Part shown: piece after piece, positions 62,241 to 64,000 of the stretch
Numbering within the stretch: the stretch's first letter is position 1
Layout: each line of letters begins with the position of its first letter
NCBI GenBank assembly: GCA_963776345.1
Contig: CAVZMH010000022.1
Location: 160,001-224,000, forward strand
Source of the DNA: an uncultured delta proteobacterium
GTDB lineage: Bacteria; Myxococcota; Myxococcia; Myxococcales; Myxococcaceae
Direction: 5' to 3'
Length of the DNA stretch: 64,000 bases
The notes under the pieces: model-generated
What the model was told of the DNA's origin: nothing
Databases searched by the model: none
What the model saw: only the letters and a program-made list of their open reading frames with translations
Made by a program: the position numbers and the translations under genes

Positions 62241-63845
62241 CTATGGCACCGCGTCGAGCATCGCCGCCAGCGCGCTCGAGGGCGCCTCGTTCCCATCCAG
62301 GAGCGCCATCAGCCAGTCGCGCCGGTCCATGACCCGGAAGTCCACCGCGAGCTGCACGTCCACGTCCTCGATGTCGCCGTGGTCCTGGAGGTCCGCCCGC
62401 GTCCGGGCCAGCTTGAGGATGCGGTCGTGCGCTCGCGCCGACAGGCCGTACCGGTCCATCGCCGTCCGGAGCATCTCCTCCGCATGGGGGGTGGTCCGGC
62501 AATACCGCCGGACGAGCCGGGGGGACATCTGGGCGTTGCATCGAACGCCGGGGTCGTCGCCGAACCGAATTCGCTGCCGGGCCCGCGCCGCCTCGACGCG
62601 CTCGCGGTACCACGCGCTCGGCTTCTCCGGCCGGGCCGAGGCCGCGAGCCGGTACCCCTCGACGCGCCGGGTCAGCACGGTGATGTCGATACGGTCCAGG
62701 AGCGGCCCGCTCACCCGGGCGTGGTACTCGACCACCCGGTGCCGCGAGCACGTGCAGCGCTTGTCGGCCACCGCCAGCCACCCGCACGGACAGGGGTTCA
62801 TCGCCGCCACCAGCATCACCTGCGCCGGGTAGCTCACGTGGTGGTTGGCCCGGGCGATGTGCACCACGCCGTCCTCGAGCGGCTGGCGGAGCACCTCGAG
62901 CACGTTGCGCCGGAACTCGGGGAACTCGTCCAGGAACAGCACCCCGCGGTGCGCCAGCGACAGCTCGCCCGGGCGCCCCATCGGCCCGCCGCCGACGAGC
63001 CCCGCGTCGGACACGGTGTGGTGGGGCGTGCGGAACGGACGCTCGGTGAGAAGCGGGCGCGGCCCGCCGAGGAGCCCGCTGACCGAGTAGATCTTCGTCA
63101 CCTCCAGCGCCTCGTCGAAGGACATGAGCGGCAGGAGCCCCGGGAGCCGCCGGGCGAGCATCGTCTTGCCGCTTCCGGGTGGGCCGCAGAGAAGAGCGTT
63201 GTGGCCGCCGGCCGCGGCGAGCTCCAGCGCCTCCTTGATCTCGCCCTGGCCGCGCACCTCGGACATGTCCAGCTCGCCGGCGGGACGGTCCTCCTGCGCG
63301 AGGTCGCGCTGGAACGGGGGAATCGGCGCCTCGCCCGTCACGTGCGCCACCGCCTCGGAGAGGTGGGCCACCGGGTAGACGTGGATCCGGTCCACCAGGG
63401 CAGCCTCGGCGGCGTTGACCGAGGGCACGAGGACGCCCTCGAAGCCGCGGTCCCGGGCGGCGATGGCCAGCGGGAGGACGCCGCGCACGGGCTTCACCAC
63501 CCCGTCCAGCGAGAGCTCTCCCCCCATCACCCAGCGGTCGAGCGAGTTCCGCTCGAGGAGCCCCCCGGCCTCGAGCGCGGCGAGCGCGATGGGCAGCTCG
63601 AAGGCCGCGCCCTCCTTGCGGATGTCCGCCGGCGCGAGGTTGACGGTGATGCGCTTGGCCGGGAGGTCGTACCCGCCGTTCCTGAGCGCCGAGATGACCC
63701 GGACCTTGCTCTCCTTGACCGCGCCCTCGGGGAGCCCGACGACGTTGAAGTAGGGGAGGCCGACGGACATGTCGACCTCCACCTCCACCACGACCGCGTC
63801 CACCCCCATCAGCGCGCCGGAATGCACCCGGGCAAGCCTGTTCAT
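62241..63845 (-). CDS. comM: ComM/YifB Mg-chelatase-like AAA+ ATPase
   Basis: ITVNLAPADIRKEG, GELSLDG, GPPGSGKTMLARR, PFRTPHHT, LFLDEFPEF, AAMNPCPCG, SGPLLDRID. Confidence 0.93.
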   Translation of the reverse strand: MNRLARVHSGALMGVDAVVVEVEVDMSVGLPYFNVVGLPEGAVKESKVRVISALRNGGYDLPAKRITVNLAPADIRKEGAAFELPIALAALEAGGLLERNSLDRWVMGGELSLDGVVKPVRGVLPLAIAARDRGFEGVLVPSVNAAEAALVDRIHVYPVAHLSEAVAHVTGEAPIPPFQRDLAQEDRPAGELDMSEVRGQGEIKEALELAAAGGHNALLCGPPGSGKTMLARRLPGLLPLMSFDEALEVTKIYSVSGLLGGPRPLLTERPFRTPHHTVSDAGLVGGGPMGRPGELSLAHRGVLFLDEFPEFRRNVLEVLRQPLEDGVVHIARANHHVSYPAQVMLVAAMNPCPCGWLAVADKRCTCSRHRVVEYHARVSGPLLDRIDITVLTRRVEGYRLAASARPEKPSAWYRERVEAARARQRIRFGDDPGVRCNAQMSPRLVRRYCRTTPHAEEMLRTAMDRYGLSARAHDRILKLARTRADLQDHGDIEDVDVQLAVDFRVMDRRDWLMALLDGNEAPSSALAAMLDAVP

Positions 63846-64000
63846 CCGCCTCCCTTCCGCGCTGCGGCCGCCGAGACAGCAAGCGCAGTGCCGGGCGGCG
63901 CCCGAGAGCGGCACCGCTCGGGGACCGTCGCCAGCCCGAGACGGGGCGTCCGCGGCGGCAGAAAGCGAGAGGCCGGCCCGGGGAGCCCGGAGCCGGCCTC

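Overview
Very GC-rich bacterial chromosome segment, most consistent with a myxobacterium (Myxococcota): it carries two recA paralogs resembling M. xanthus RecA1 and RecA2, a Myxococcus-type LexA box, and HEAT, J-domain and receiver proteins typical of the group. About 60 genes, mostly housekeeping: ggt, a molybdate ABC operon with an XRE-PBP regulator, glmU-glmS, an ECF sigma/anti-sigma module, recA2, fmt-aroQ-like-rsmB, pfkA, an acyl-CoA dehydrogenase, priA, def, nth, ltaE, pssA-cinA, recA1, plsC, ndh and comM/yifB. I saw no rRNA, tRNA, CRISPR array, transposase, integrase or reverse transcriptase. At least eight single-base frameshifts, two of them in glmS, most likely reflect long-read consensus errors. 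Best leads: (1) a ~590-bp intergenic region (61653-62240) densely packed with inverted repeats, including mutually exclusive pairings; (2) a catalytically dead type II dehydroquinase fused through a KTLG-repeat linker to a helical domain; (3) a GTCAAG-N4-CTTGAC palindrome found twice in the mod operon, a candidate operator for the XRE-PBP regulator; (4) a 93-aa protein with a sigma-region-4-like segment behind a putative LexA box; (5) a small exported protein that resembles the anti-sigma tail in the ECF module; (6) a dispersed GGTGTCWGACACC REP-like palindrome family with tandem half-site arrays. All product calls come from motif recognition by eye, not database searches.
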